The notes below the pieces were generated by a model. The model had not been told where the DNA came from. It made no database searches and saw only the letters and a list, made by a program, of their open reading frames with translations. The position numbers and the translations under genes were made by a program. This document shows, piece after piece, positions 9,632 through 18,422 of a stretch of 64,000 nucleotides of DNA. Within the stretch, counting starts at the first letter, position 1; every line of letters begins with the position of its first letter. This DNA is from a virus, in the IMG/VR virus record IMGVR_UViG_3300027770_000050, positions 22,316 to 86,315 of that record. One strand, written 5' to 3'.

Positions 9632-10999
9632 TTAATTTCTTCTAGCTTCCGGTCTATTGAAAATTTCGCTTGCTACAGCAGCTAATTCAGACCTTTCAAC
9701 CTTACTTAATGTTACAGATGAAACAAGTTCACTTTTCTTTCCACCAGAAATTGCGTGAGAAAGACCATTAGATTTTGCATCAAGATAAGGATTTTCGACC
9801 TGTGAAAGGTCGCCAAGGAGGATGACTTTACTGTCTTTTCCGCATCTTTCTACAACCATCCTTGCTTCTCTAGGTGAAATATTTTCAGCTTCATCAAGAA
9901 TAATGACAGATCGTGGGATAGAACGTCCCTGAATAAAAGCCATAGCCTCTACTTCAATAATTCCATCTCTGCACATTTCTTCAAACATATTATTAGCTGA
10001 AAGAGATTTTGATCCTAAGATTTGATCAATATTATCTTTGATTGGACCAAGCCAAGCAGAGATCTTATCAAATTTATCTCCAGGCAAAGCACCAATATCT
10101 TTACCGCCAACAGGAATCAAAGGCTTCATAACAACAATTTTGTCATAGATACCTTCATTGATCATTTGTAACGCAGCTGCCAAAGCTAAGAATGATTTAC
10201 CTGTACCTGCTGGTCCAGAAAGAGTTACAAGAGGAATAGTTAGATCAGCAAGAATTTCTAAAGCACATTTTTGTTCTAAGTTTTTACCTTGAACACCAGA
10301 GTATCCTTTAGTCTCTTTTGCGTTAGATTTTTCTTTAAGAACTTTCAAAATACCTCTCTTGTATAGAGTTGGGCAAATACTTTCTCCATATTGAAATAAA
10401 ATAAATTCATTTGGATATATATCACCAAGTTTATTTACTGTATCTTCGGATAATTTTTTAAGTTCAATTTCGTTATCAGACCATAAATAGGTCCAGTCTG
10501 CTTGGCTTGTAAGTTCTAAATTTCTTAAGCCAGTATAAATTTCATCAGAAAGTTGATCAGATCTGTAATTTTCAGCTGCACATCCCCATGTGATAGCACG
10601 AATTCTCAATCCAGTATCTTTTGTAATAATTGCAACTTTTTTTCTTGGGTTTGCAGATTTAAGAGCTAAGCAGCATTCTATAATTGCGTTATCAGAGTGA
10701 ACTTTGACAATATTTGGTCGTTCGTTTTTTTGTAAAGGAGACTCTGTATTGTAGACGAACAATCTTCCTCCGAGCTCATTGATCTTCACACCTTTGAGAA
10801 GATCTTGAAGTGAATAATGTTCTAAATTTCTAAATACTTGTCTGGCTGACCATCCAACATTTTCTTTTCTTGTCTTGATGTCGTCTAAATCATCGATGAC
10901 TGCTAATGGTATGTAAATATCATTGTCACCGAATTTATATAGGGCAAGGGGATCGTGAAGTAAGACACAAGTGTCGATGATGTAAATATGCTTTGCCAA
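9632..10999 (-). CDS. phoH: PhoH-family ATPase with N-terminal PIN domain (PhoH2/YlaK-like)
   Basis: PIN motifs IIDTCVLLHDP, DNAII, ITKDTGLRIRA; Walker A GPAGTGKS; GALPG, QGRSI, ILDEAEN, GDLSQ, ERSELA; TTG start with GAGGAG RBS. Confidence 0.92.
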   Translation of the reverse strand: MAKHIYIIDTCVLLHDPLALYKFGDNDIYIPLAVIDDLDDIKTRKENVGWSARQVFRNLEHYSLQDLLKGVKINELGGRLFVYNTESPLQKNERPNIVKVHSDNAIIECCLALKSANPRKKVAIITKDTGLRIRAITWGCAAENYRSDQLSDEIYTGLRNLELTSQADWTYLWSDNEIELKKLSEDTVNKLGDIYPNEFILFQYGESICPTLYKRGILKVLKEKSNAKETKGYSGVQGKNLEQKCALEILADLTIPLVTLSGPAGTGKSFLALAAALQMINEGIYDKIVVMKPLIPVGGKDIGALPGDKFDKISAWLGPIKDNIDQILGSKSLSANNMFEEMCRDGIIEVEAMAFIQGRSIPRSVIILDEAENISPREARMVVERCGKDSKVILLGDLSQVENPYLDAKSNGLSHAISGGKKSELVSSVTLSKVERSELAAVASEIFNRPEARRN

Positions 11000-11040
11000 A
11001 TTATTGGTCTCCTCGCATTTTTGTTGATATTATAATCACA

Positions 11041-11074
11041 GTATTCTTTTCTTTTTTATGCTTGGTGAGCCCTA
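11041..11074 (-). promoter_or_regulatory. Putative phage late promoter (TAGG-N19-GAAAAGAAT)
   Basis: Intergenic, upstream of phoH and the 1939-aa gene. Confidence 0.45.
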
Positions 11075-12079
11075 CTAAAAAGGCAAGTCTGGTTTATCTG
11101 ATACAGCTTTTATAATCTTATGTTTATCAATATTATCAATAAAATCAGCTGCATTTTCATTCATTGTGGTTTCAAATTTTCTAATATTAAAAATTTGGTC
11201 TAGTTGTGACTTGTCAAATTCTTTTAATTTATCTGTTTCCATCCACTTTGTTTCAGTCACATTTGCAAGATTTTTATTTAATTTATTTAGTTTGCCGTCT
11301 TTAAAAAGTAAAAGATCTCCCGATAATAAACTGTCTAAATAACTATGCGCATTATCAAGATTAGTTGTTTCAAGAAGATTTTGATCGTTATATAAAACTT
11401 TAGTAATGCTAGCATTGGTCAAGATATTTCCCGTAGGACTTAGTACTTGTGTATTATCTCTTACAAAACACAAACTAGCTTTTGGTATACAAATATAAAT
11501 CTTAAATGGTAATGCATGTTCTACATCAGAACTATCTGACAATCTTAGAACTTCATTTTCATCATTTACTATTGATATTACAAGTTTTGATTTGTTATCT
11601 GTATTCTTGATTACAAAATCCCATTCATAGTTGTGCTCATTAGAAGTTGGATAAAATGCTGGTACTAAATTTAATTCTTCTTTTCTTTCACATAATTTCA
11701 AAAATAAACTAAATCCAATGCTATCTTCTGGAGTACCTTTGCGATATGTTCCTACTTTACTCCAATCAACATCAAAATCACTTTCTAAGCTTCCAATAGT
11801 AAATTCATCAAAGAAACCTTGATCATAAATTTTTTTTAGAATTGGATCTTCAAGTATTCTTCTAGCTCTAACAATATCCAAAAACGCTTCATTAGACCCA
11901 CCAAAATCAGGGTGACATTTTCTAGCTCTTTTTCTAAAAGCACTTTCTAGTATTTGAGAAGTCTTAACTCTCTCATCTCTAGATTTACCACTTGGCAAAT
12001 CAAGTTTATCAATATCTAAAATCTCATAATAATTCTTATTGAAATCGATTATTTTCTTTGGATCAAATTCATTTGACAT
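11075..12079 (-). CDS. J-domain (DnaJ-type) co-chaperone with unrecognised C-terminal region
   Basis: NYYEILDI...AFRKRARKCHPDFGGSNEAF...ILEDP..KKIYD with intact HPD motif; no G/F or zinc-finger region. Confidence 0.85.
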   Translation of the reverse strand: MSNEFDPKKIIDFNKNYYEILDIDKLDLPSGKSRDERVKTSQILESAFRKRARKCHPDFGGSNEAFLDIVRARRILEDPILKKIYDQGFFDEFTIGSLESDFDVDWSKVGTYRKGTPEDSIGFSLFLKLCERKEELNLVPAFYPTSNEHNYEWDFVIKNTDNKSKLVISIVNDENEVLRLSDSSDVEHALPFKIYICIPKASLCFVRDNTQVLSPTGNILTNASITKVLYNDQNLLETTNLDNAHSYLDSLLSGDLLLFKDGKLNKLNKNLANVTETKWMETDKLKEFDKSQLDQIFNIRKFETTMNENAADFIDNIDKHKIIKAVSDKPDLPF

Positions 12080-12114
12080 AAGAGTTTTATAAAGATTTAA
12101 AGAATAAAAATAAT

Positions 12115-12594
12115 ATGTGGTACAAATTTGCTCAGACTCATCCTTATATTGAAAAAGCTATAGATAGATTTAATCTAACAAAGGATCCTAATAAAGCTGG
12201 ATATGTATTATCTGACGGTAAGATGTTGGATTTTTCAGATGGTCATGATGTCAGAGACCTTACTCATGACAGTGTTTTTGAAGTCATGCCTATAATGCCA
12301 GATATAGAAGATGGATATACAAATTTTCATAAACAATATGTTGTTCCATTTATGCAAAGCACTGATAGTATAAGAATTTCTAAAGATGGAAATGACTTAA
12401 GCGTTGAAATACACACAATTCCATCTAAAGAACAAATAATCGCTATACAAAAAAGTATAAACAAAGGTGACAATTTCTTTTACGAAATACCTATGCTTCC
12501 AAATGATCCTGGTGGCGCAATATATGATACTAATCCATCATATATTGGAAAATGGTTGACAGATATCAAAAACGTCATGATTGGAAAAAAATAA
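12115..12594 (+). CDS. Hypothetical protein with MWYKFAQ leader
   Basis: 159-aa ORF; the AGYVLSDGKMLDFS...R..TH segment recalls a domain seen in large phage/plasmid polyvalent proteins (from memory, unverified). Confidence 0.75.
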   Translation: MWYKFAQTHPYIEKAIDRFNLTKDPNKAGYVLSDGKMLDFSDGHDVRDLTHDSVFEVMPIMPDIEDGYTNFHKQYVVPFMQSTDSIRISKDGNDLSVEIHTIPSKEQIIAIQKSINKGDNFFYEIPMLPNDPGGAIYDTNPSYIGKWLTDIKNVMIGKK

Positions 12595-12595
12595 C

Positions 12596-13066
12596 ATGTG
12601 GTACAAAACTGCTCTCAAGGGACATAAAACTTACTATGATTTCAATGATCTTAGTTATGAATTGAAACAAGTTTCTGACACTGATGATAGTGATTGGAAG
12701 CATTCTGGAACAAGAATGAGAATAATATCATATGTCTTAAATGCATATGATTTAGAACATATGGATAAAGATAAACCAGTTGGGAAAATGCATTTAGACT
12801 TAGATTTCTATAGTTCTGGTAAAAAACAAATATATATCAAATTAGTCAGAACTGATGATTACCATGAAGGGATGGGTGTAGCTTCTAATCTTTATAAATG
12901 GCTTAAATATAATTATGAGAATTTTGATAAACCAGAATATTTAGTTAGTAATCCAATCAATCCAGCCGCAGAAAGAATTAGAGAAAAAATATTAGGAAAA
13001 CCTCAAAGTTTGTATCCTATGCGTGAATATGATTTAGATTATTCTCAAGGAAAATTGGATATTTAA
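12596..13066 (+). CDS. Putative GNAT-fold acetyltransferase with MWYKTAL leader
   Basis: ATG at 12596 directly after the previous stop is preferred over the TTG at 12581; IYIKLVRTDDYHEGMGVASNLY resembles GNAT motif A, followed by NPAA. Confidence 0.55.
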   Translation: MWYKTALKGHKTYYDFNDLSYELKQVSDTDDSDWKHSGTRMRIISYVLNAYDLEHMDKDKPVGKMHLDLDFYSSGKKQIYIKLVRTDDYHEGMGVASNLYKWLKYNYENFDKPEYLVSNPINPAAERIREKILGKPQSLYPMREYDLDYSQGKLDI

Positions 13067-13492
13067 ATGTGGTATCGAGAAGCAGTAACATATAATCTCC
13101 TTGGTCAACTCACCGAAGGTAATCCAAAGAAAAAGATTATTAAACAATTTGTTGATGATGAAATTGATGATCTCAATATTGAAGATCAACAAGATGATCA
13201 AACTGAGGAACCCACTCAAGAAGCACCAGAGTTTACTCCAGTTCCTACTAATATTCCCCCAGCAACAGACACACCTGCTGGAGTTGCAAATAGAGAACCA
13301 ATTCAAGTTCAACTACCAGCTAATTTTAAAGTTCCACCATTGCATGAATTTTGTCATTGTGAAATAAATACATTGCCTAGCGGAAGACAAATTTGGAAAC
13401 TTGGCAATGGGGAAATGCACTGCTCAGAATGTGTTATGAATAGAGATTTGTTTAACAGATCAAATGAATTAGCTTACAGAAATATTACGTAA
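13067..13492 (+). CDS. Hypothetical protein with MWYREAV leader and MuF-like PPxHxxCxC / CxxC metal-binding motifs
   Basis: PPLHEFCHCEI...W...HCSEC after an acidic/Pro-rich linker. Confidence 0.65.
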   Translation: MWYREAVTYNLLGQLTEGNPKKKIIKQFVDDEIDDLNIEDQQDDQTEEPTQEAPEFTPVPTNIPPATDTPAGVANREPIQVQLPANFKVPPLHEFCHCEINTLPSGRQIWKLGNGEMHCSECVMNRDLFNRSNELAYRNIT

Positions 13493-14075
13493 GTATAGTA
13501 TTTATTTTTATTGTGTAACCGTGCAAATCTACATCAATCTTCTTTTTCAAGATTTTATTGTTTGGTGATTTGACAACTGATAATGCTTTAAACATTCTTG
13601 TTTTTAGCAATATAGAAATATCAAGCTTATTTATTTCTTTCTTTATAAAATTCTTTATTTTTAAAAAATCACTTTCTGTATGCAATAAATTATAAAAAAT
13701 AGTTTCTTCAAATGTTTCAAATAAATCAGAATAAATTTTAGATTCTTCTCTTGATATACATTTGAACAATTCTAGCAACGTATAGTTTATGTAATTATAT
13801 TTTTTTAAATTTATAAGACAAAAATCATCTATTTCTTCTATTTCAAATAAAAAGTCAAGAGAACCATAAATTTGATGAAGTTCCCCATCATTTGTAATTA
13901 AATAGAAAGCTATTATTCTAAAGCTTTCTATTACACAAACAATAGGCTGTCCAGATCTTAAATTAAATTTTTCAAGCACACTTATATTTTTTGGATTTTT
14001 AATTCCAAGTAAATGTATTTCTTTTTCAATACTCTGTTTTACATTTTGTCTACAGAATGTTATAAATGCATTCAT
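13485..14075 (-). CDS. Hypothetical protein (very AT-rich)
   Basis: 196-aa ORF, ATGA overlap with the upstream gene. Confidence 0.7.
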   Translation of the reverse strand: MNAFITFCRQNVKQSIEKEIHLLGIKNPKNISVLEKFNLRSGQPIVCVIESFRIIAFYLITNDGELHQIYGSLDFLFEIEEIDDFCLINLKKYNYINYTLLELFKCISREESKIYSDLFETFEETIFYNLLHTESDFLKIKNFIKKEINKLDISILLKTRMFKALSVVKSPNNKILKKKIDVDLHGYTIKINTILT

Positions 14076-14674
14076 AAAATTATTTGATCTACAATTGTTT
14101 GATTTATATACTTTTCAGATAATCCCCAAGTATTTTTCCAATAATCTATTATTTTATTTTTTCTTGAAATTAAAAAATTAGTTTCGTGAATTCTTTTTGG
14201 TATATTCGTATCTTTTATTAACTTTGTTTTTTCTAAACTTCTTGTTTTGTAGAGATTAAAAATTTTGTCTGTGAATTTTTCATCATTTTCTTCAATATAC
14301 TTAAATAAATAATCTTCACTGTATGGATTTGTTCTGACGTGATCATGCAACATCACACAATCTGGATAATAATTATCAATTACCGAATTAATATGATCTA
14401 AAATAGTATTCTTTTTGTTTTTTGGTAATAAAAAAATATCTATAGGTTTTAAGTTTATTTTTTTCAAGTTGGCTTCGTTTTGTTTTTTAAATACTAGATA
14501 ATTAAGTTCGTGAGATTTAATTATTAAATCTTCTGAATCAAAACACTTACAAAAAATAAACCAAGGACAATCTTCGCATCCTAATAAAAATGCTCTCAAA
14601 CTGATTAATATTTCTATTTTATCAAGTTGAGAGCATTCAGTTATTTTTTTACTGATCTCAAGTATTGTGTTCAC
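14072..14674 (-). CDS. Hypothetical protein (very AT-rich)
   Basis: 200-aa ORF, GTG start, within a minus-strand operon. Confidence 0.7.
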   Translation of the reverse strand: MNTILEISKKITECSQLDKIEILISLRAFLLGCEDCPWFIFCKCFDSEDLIIKSHELNYLVFKKQNEANLKKINLKPIDIFLLPKNKKNTILDHINSVIDNYYPDCVMLHDHVRTNPYSEDYLFKYIEENDEKFTDKIFNLYKTRSLEKTKLIKDTNIPKRIHETNFLISRKNKIIDYWKNTWGLSEKYINQTIVDQIIL

Positions 14675-14680
14675 TTCTCA

Positions 14681-14968
14681 TCATTTTTCTTTGAACATCT
14701 CGCTGACTTTCTTTTCAATTAATGGCATCAATTCTAAACCTGGTGCTGCATTTCTTACATTACCAAAAGTTTGATATTCTTCTATTAGCATATCTCTAAA
14801 TCTTGCGAGATATCTACTCACCATTATGTCAGTGGGATTGTATATACGCTTTTGTAAAAAAAGTTTCATCAAAATAACTTTTTTAGCATCTGACATTATG
14901 ATTTTTTCTTCATAATCTGGAAAACTTTTGTCATCTTTATCTTTTCTATTTAAAGCTTGATACCACAT
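14681..14968 (-). CDS. Hypothetical protein with MWYQAL leader
   Basis: 95-aa ORF tightly packed in the operon. Confidence 0.75.
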   Translation of the reverse strand: MWYQALNRKDKDDKSFPDYEEKIIMSDAKKVILMKLFLQKRIYNPTDIMVSRYLARFRDMLIEEYQTFGNVRNAAPGLELMPLIEKKVSEMFKEK

Positions 14969-14969
14969 A

Positions 14970-15203
14970 TTATTTTTCTATCTTCAAGTCTTGTACGTGA
15001 ATTTCATTGTAGGCAAAAGCTACATTTTGGCTTGGAACGTTGAATAAACATATTGACATTTTCTCATCTTTGTAAATAGTATAGAAATCTTTATTTACAA
15101 TAAGAACTCCTTCAATATGTCCAATTAAGGTATTTGGATTGTAAGTTTGAATCTTCCATTTTCCAAATCCTCTATTTTGTGAATTATTATCAATAATTGC
15201 CAT
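14970..15203 (-). CDS. Small hypothetical protein
   Basis: 77-aa ORF with strong GGAGGAG RBS. Confidence 0.75.
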   Translation of the reverse strand: MAIIDNNSQNRGFGKWKIQTYNPNTLIGHIEGVLIVNKDFYTIYKDEKMSICLFNVPSQNVAFAYNEIHVQDLKIEK

Positions 15204-15284
15204 ATCTCTCCTCCAGATATCTATAGTATTATTTTATTCGACACTTATTTCCTACCTAGATGTATAATAAAAATAGGTAAATAT

Positions 15285-16652
15285 ATGTCAAAAAAGTCCC
15301 TTGCCAAAACAGTATGTAATTTTTGTGAACGTCCAGCTAGTAAAGAAGTTATCACAGATATTGAAGTATTAAGCGAATTATTGACGGGTAAAAGCTTAAA
15401 TATTTCTTTATGTACTTTTTGTTTTCAAAGTTATCTTGCTGGAAATAAATTTGGACAGATGCAAGTACATCAAAACATTCTTTCTATGATTATAAACGCA
15501 GATGAAAAAGCTAGTGTTTTGTCTCTCAAAGAAAGGATCGCTGAAGTTGCTCCTGTATCTAAAAGACATCTTTTTGGTTTAAATAATTACAGACTGAAGA
15601 ATACTAGTCCACACGAGCTTTATGAGGCTTTGGAGAAAAAAGTAGTTGGACAAGATTTAGCTAAGAAAAGATTAAGTATTGCTGTTTACGAACACATAAG
15701 AAATATTATCAATGAAGATGTTTCAGAAAAGCAAAATATTTTGTTCCTTGGTCCTTCTGGTAGTGGAAAAACATTAATTGTAAATACAATCTCAAGTCAC
15801 TTAGAAGTTCCATTTGTTTCTGGAGATGCAACTTCTTTTTCTCCAACTGGTTTTCAAGGTAGTGATGCTGATAGCTGTATTACTGATCTTTTAATCAAAG
15901 CTAATGGTGAAACATCTTTAGCTGAAAAAGGTGTTGTTTTTATTGATGAAATTGACAAATTGGCTTCATCTCATAATTCTGCAACAAGATTAGAAAGTTT
16001 TCATTATTCTACTCAATCAACATTGTTAAAGTTAATTGAAGGCAAAAAAGTAAAGATAAATCCAAATGCTCTGGGTGAACAAACAACATTCCCTTACGTT
16101 GTAGACACTTCTAAAATCTTATTTTGCTTTGGTGGAGCGTTTAATCATTTAGAGAAAATTGTAGCTAAAAAGTTAGGTTTATCTGAAGGCTCAATTGGTT
16201 TTAGAAAAAATAATAAGTTAGAATACGAAAACCAAATAAAAAACTATGAAATTTACAACAATGTCTCACACGATGTTCTTGTTGAAAGTTTAATTGAATA
16301 TGGATTAGCTACTGAATTTGTTGGAAGATTGCAGTCTATAGTTCCTCTTGTTCCATTATCTAAAGAACAAATGCTATATTGTTTGAAAGATTTAGATAAT
16401 TCTCCAATAAAGAAAACTATTTTATTGTTTGCTGAATCAAATGTAGAAGTTGAATTTGATGAAAAATATTTTGATGCAGTTGTAGAAAAAGCTATTAAGT
16501 CTGGAACTGGAACTAGAGCTCTTAATTCAATTGTTAAATCATCAATTTCACAAGCAGCTTTTAGTTTATTAGGAAAAGTTAACTCAAGCAGGAAGCATAT
16601 TGTTTTAACAGAAAAATGCGTTTCTAATCCTAATGAATATTTGACACTTTAA
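15285..16652 (+). CDS. clpX: ClpX-like AAA+ unfoldase
   Basis: N-terminal CxxC...CxxC zinc domain, VVGQDLAK, Walker A GPSGSGKT, Walker B FIDEIDK, LLKLIEG, IGF loop, EFVGRL, GTRAL. Confidence 0.9.
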   Translation: MSKKSLAKTVCNFCERPASKEVITDIEVLSELLTGKSLNISLCTFCFQSYLAGNKFGQMQVHQNILSMIINADEKASVLSLKERIAEVAPVSKRHLFGLNNYRLKNTSPHELYEALEKKVVGQDLAKKRLSIAVYEHIRNIINEDVSEKQNILFLGPSGSGKTLIVNTISSHLEVPFVSGDATSFSPTGFQGSDADSCITDLLIKANGETSLAEKGVVFIDEIDKLASSHNSATRLESFHYSTQSTLLKLIEGKKVKINPNALGEQTTFPYVVDTSKILFCFGGAFNHLEKIVAKKLGLSEGSIGFRKNNKLEYENQIKNYEIYNNVSHDVLVESLIEYGLATEFVGRLQSIVPLVPLSKEQMLYCLKDLDNSPIKKTILLFAESNVEVEFDEKYFDAVVEKAIKSGTGTRALNSIVKSSISQAAFSLLGKVNSSRKHIVLTEKCVSNPNEYLTL

Positions 16653-16684
16653 AGGATTAGAGCATCTTGAGTTTGAATTATATA
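16651..16684 (+). promoter_or_regulatory. Putative phage late promoter (AAAGG-N19-GAATTATAT)
   Basis: Fills the short intergenic gap before 16690. Confidence 0.5.
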
Positions 16685-16689
16685 TTATT

Positions 16690-17751
16690 ATGACTGATCC
16701 ACTAGAACAAATAATTTTACAAGCTGAAAAAATTGTTAAAGAAAATAATAAAGTTTATCAGTTTACTAAGATATCTCAATCTCAAACAGCTTTTGCAATA
16801 AGAGCGAGAAATACAGCTGGTGATTTTACTTCATTTTTGACAGTAAGAGGAACTTCCGATGAAGCTAGCTGGGAAAGAGCTTTTTATGGTCAAGGTTGGA
16901 TGGATGTAAATGTTCATCCAACACTATTGACAGGATCAATTACAATAGCATCAGTACCATCAGCAGCCACTACTCCAGGAGATGCAGCGTTTACTCAAAG
17001 ATCTTTTTCAGGAACTGCAACATCAGTTTCGGTTAAGCCATTCAAAAATTTCGATCCATTATTTTCTGTTCCAGGAATTGGACTGAGACGCTTCACTCCT
17101 GTTGCACACACCCCAACAACTCCATATGGTGTAAGTAGTTCTGATAATGATATTCAATTATACTTTATGGGATTGAGTAACGATCAAAAATACGAAATGA
17201 GATGGGAAGGTGGTAATTTTATGAGTTGGTGGAATGAAAGAGCAGCAAGAGCCGCTGCCCCTTCAAATTCAACTAGTCATCCACATTCTGTTCCTCAATC
17301 TCCAGAAGCAGTTGCTGCATTTGCTCAAAAAATTCCTTTTAAGCGAGTTCCAGGATATGACGAATTCTTGAAATTAATGAGAAAAGTCAAGAGTGGAACT
17401 GGAGCTACGGCATTAGATATATTACCTGATGAAGCTCTAATTGATGAATATGAAAGCAGAACAGGCAACACAGTCCAAACTGTTTTTGCACTAGGTAGAG
17501 AGCGAATTATGAAGTTTAGGGATTACGATAGACCTATAATGATAAAATCACTCGAAAATTTACGATCTGCTTTAAAAGTTCAAGAGGATTATGAAACAGC
17601 TCAAAGTGCAGAAGATAGAATTGATGAAGATGCCAAAGGTCGAGCAGATACTTTCAAAAATAAAGTAAATGAAATTACCGGATTGGCAGGTGGTTTTTTA
17701 GGAGCTATTTCTGACGAAAAAAACCGCATAAAGGGAGATTATAGACCATGA
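16690..17751 (+). CDS. Hypothetical protein (possible internal virion protein)
   Basis: 353-aa ORF, FTKISQ near the N-terminus. Confidence 0.8.
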   Translation: MTDPLEQIILQAEKIVKENNKVYQFTKISQSQTAFAIRARNTAGDFTSFLTVRGTSDEASWERAFYGQGWMDVNVHPTLLTGSITIASVPSAATTPGDAAFTQRSFSGTATSVSVKPFKNFDPLFSVPGIGLRRFTPVAHTPTTPYGVSSSDNDIQLYFMGLSNDQKYEMRWEGGNFMSWWNERAARAAAPSNSTSHPHSVPQSPEAVAAFAQKIPFKRVPGYDEFLKLMRKVKSGTGATALDILPDEALIDEYESRTGNTVQTVFALGRERIMKFRDYDRPIMIKSLENLRSALKVQEDYETAQSAEDRIDEDAKGRADTFKNKVNEITGLAGGFLGAISDEKNRIKGDYRP

Positions 17752-18422
17752 AAAAAGAAGCAATATATCCTGGTGGTAGAGCAGCATTTGTTCGTCAACT
17801 TCTTAATGCAACTTTAAATCCTCAAGCAATGTCTGATTTTTTCACTAAACCTGAAGGGTTTCAAAGAATGTTAGATTTGGGATTTACCAACTGGGCAAGC
17901 TTAGCTACAGCTTTAGGTGGACATGACTACAAACCTCAAGAAATGGTTGGTATGCAAGAAAATCCTGGATATAGAATACCGGGTTTAGACCCAGCAGCAG
18001 AAACAGACTTAGCTGCTGGAGGTTTTGATTACTTAGGTCCTCACTCTCCTACTGTTCCATCTTCAACACCACGCCCTTCTGGAATTGCACCAGAACCTGA
18101 TCCTGATGTTTATTATGAAAAATTAGGGTCAGGAAATAAAAAGTTTAGATTAGCAAATCAACCTACTCCTGAACAACCAGCCCAAGCTGAAACATCAAAA
18201 CCTCCATTACCAGGTTGGACTTTTGAAGATTTAGTTGCTTCTTTGAAAAAAATTGAACGGTCTCAGCAATTATCAGAGGAAGCTAAGGTTCAAAATTATA
18301 AAAGAATACTTGATGAATATAGTAGTAGCATGCGTCCATTGAGAAATTGGTTGTCTCAAAATGGTATTTCTTCACAGCAGTTAAAAGGCATAGCAAATGA
18401 AGCTGAGAAAAGACGTAAATAG
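17748..18422 (+). CDS. Hypothetical protein, Pro-rich linker
   Basis: 224-aa ORF, ATGA overlap, GGGAG RBS. Confidence 0.8.
   Translation: MKKEAIYPGGRAAFVRQLLNATLNPQAMSDFFTKPEGFQRMLDLGFTNWASLATALGGHDYKPQEMVGMQENPGYRIPGLDPAAETDLAAGGFDYLGPHSPTVPSSTPRPSGIAPEPDPDVYYEKLGSGNKKFRLANQPTPEQPAQAETSKPPLPGWTFEDLVASLKKIERSQQLSEEAKVQNYKRILDEYSSSMRPLRNWLSQNGISSQQLKGIANEAEKRRK

Noticed and set aside
12581-12595. Track start (TTG, MEKNN) for the GNAT-like ORF
   Set aside because: Overlaps the previous gene; ATG at 12596 gives the MWY leader shared with both neighbours
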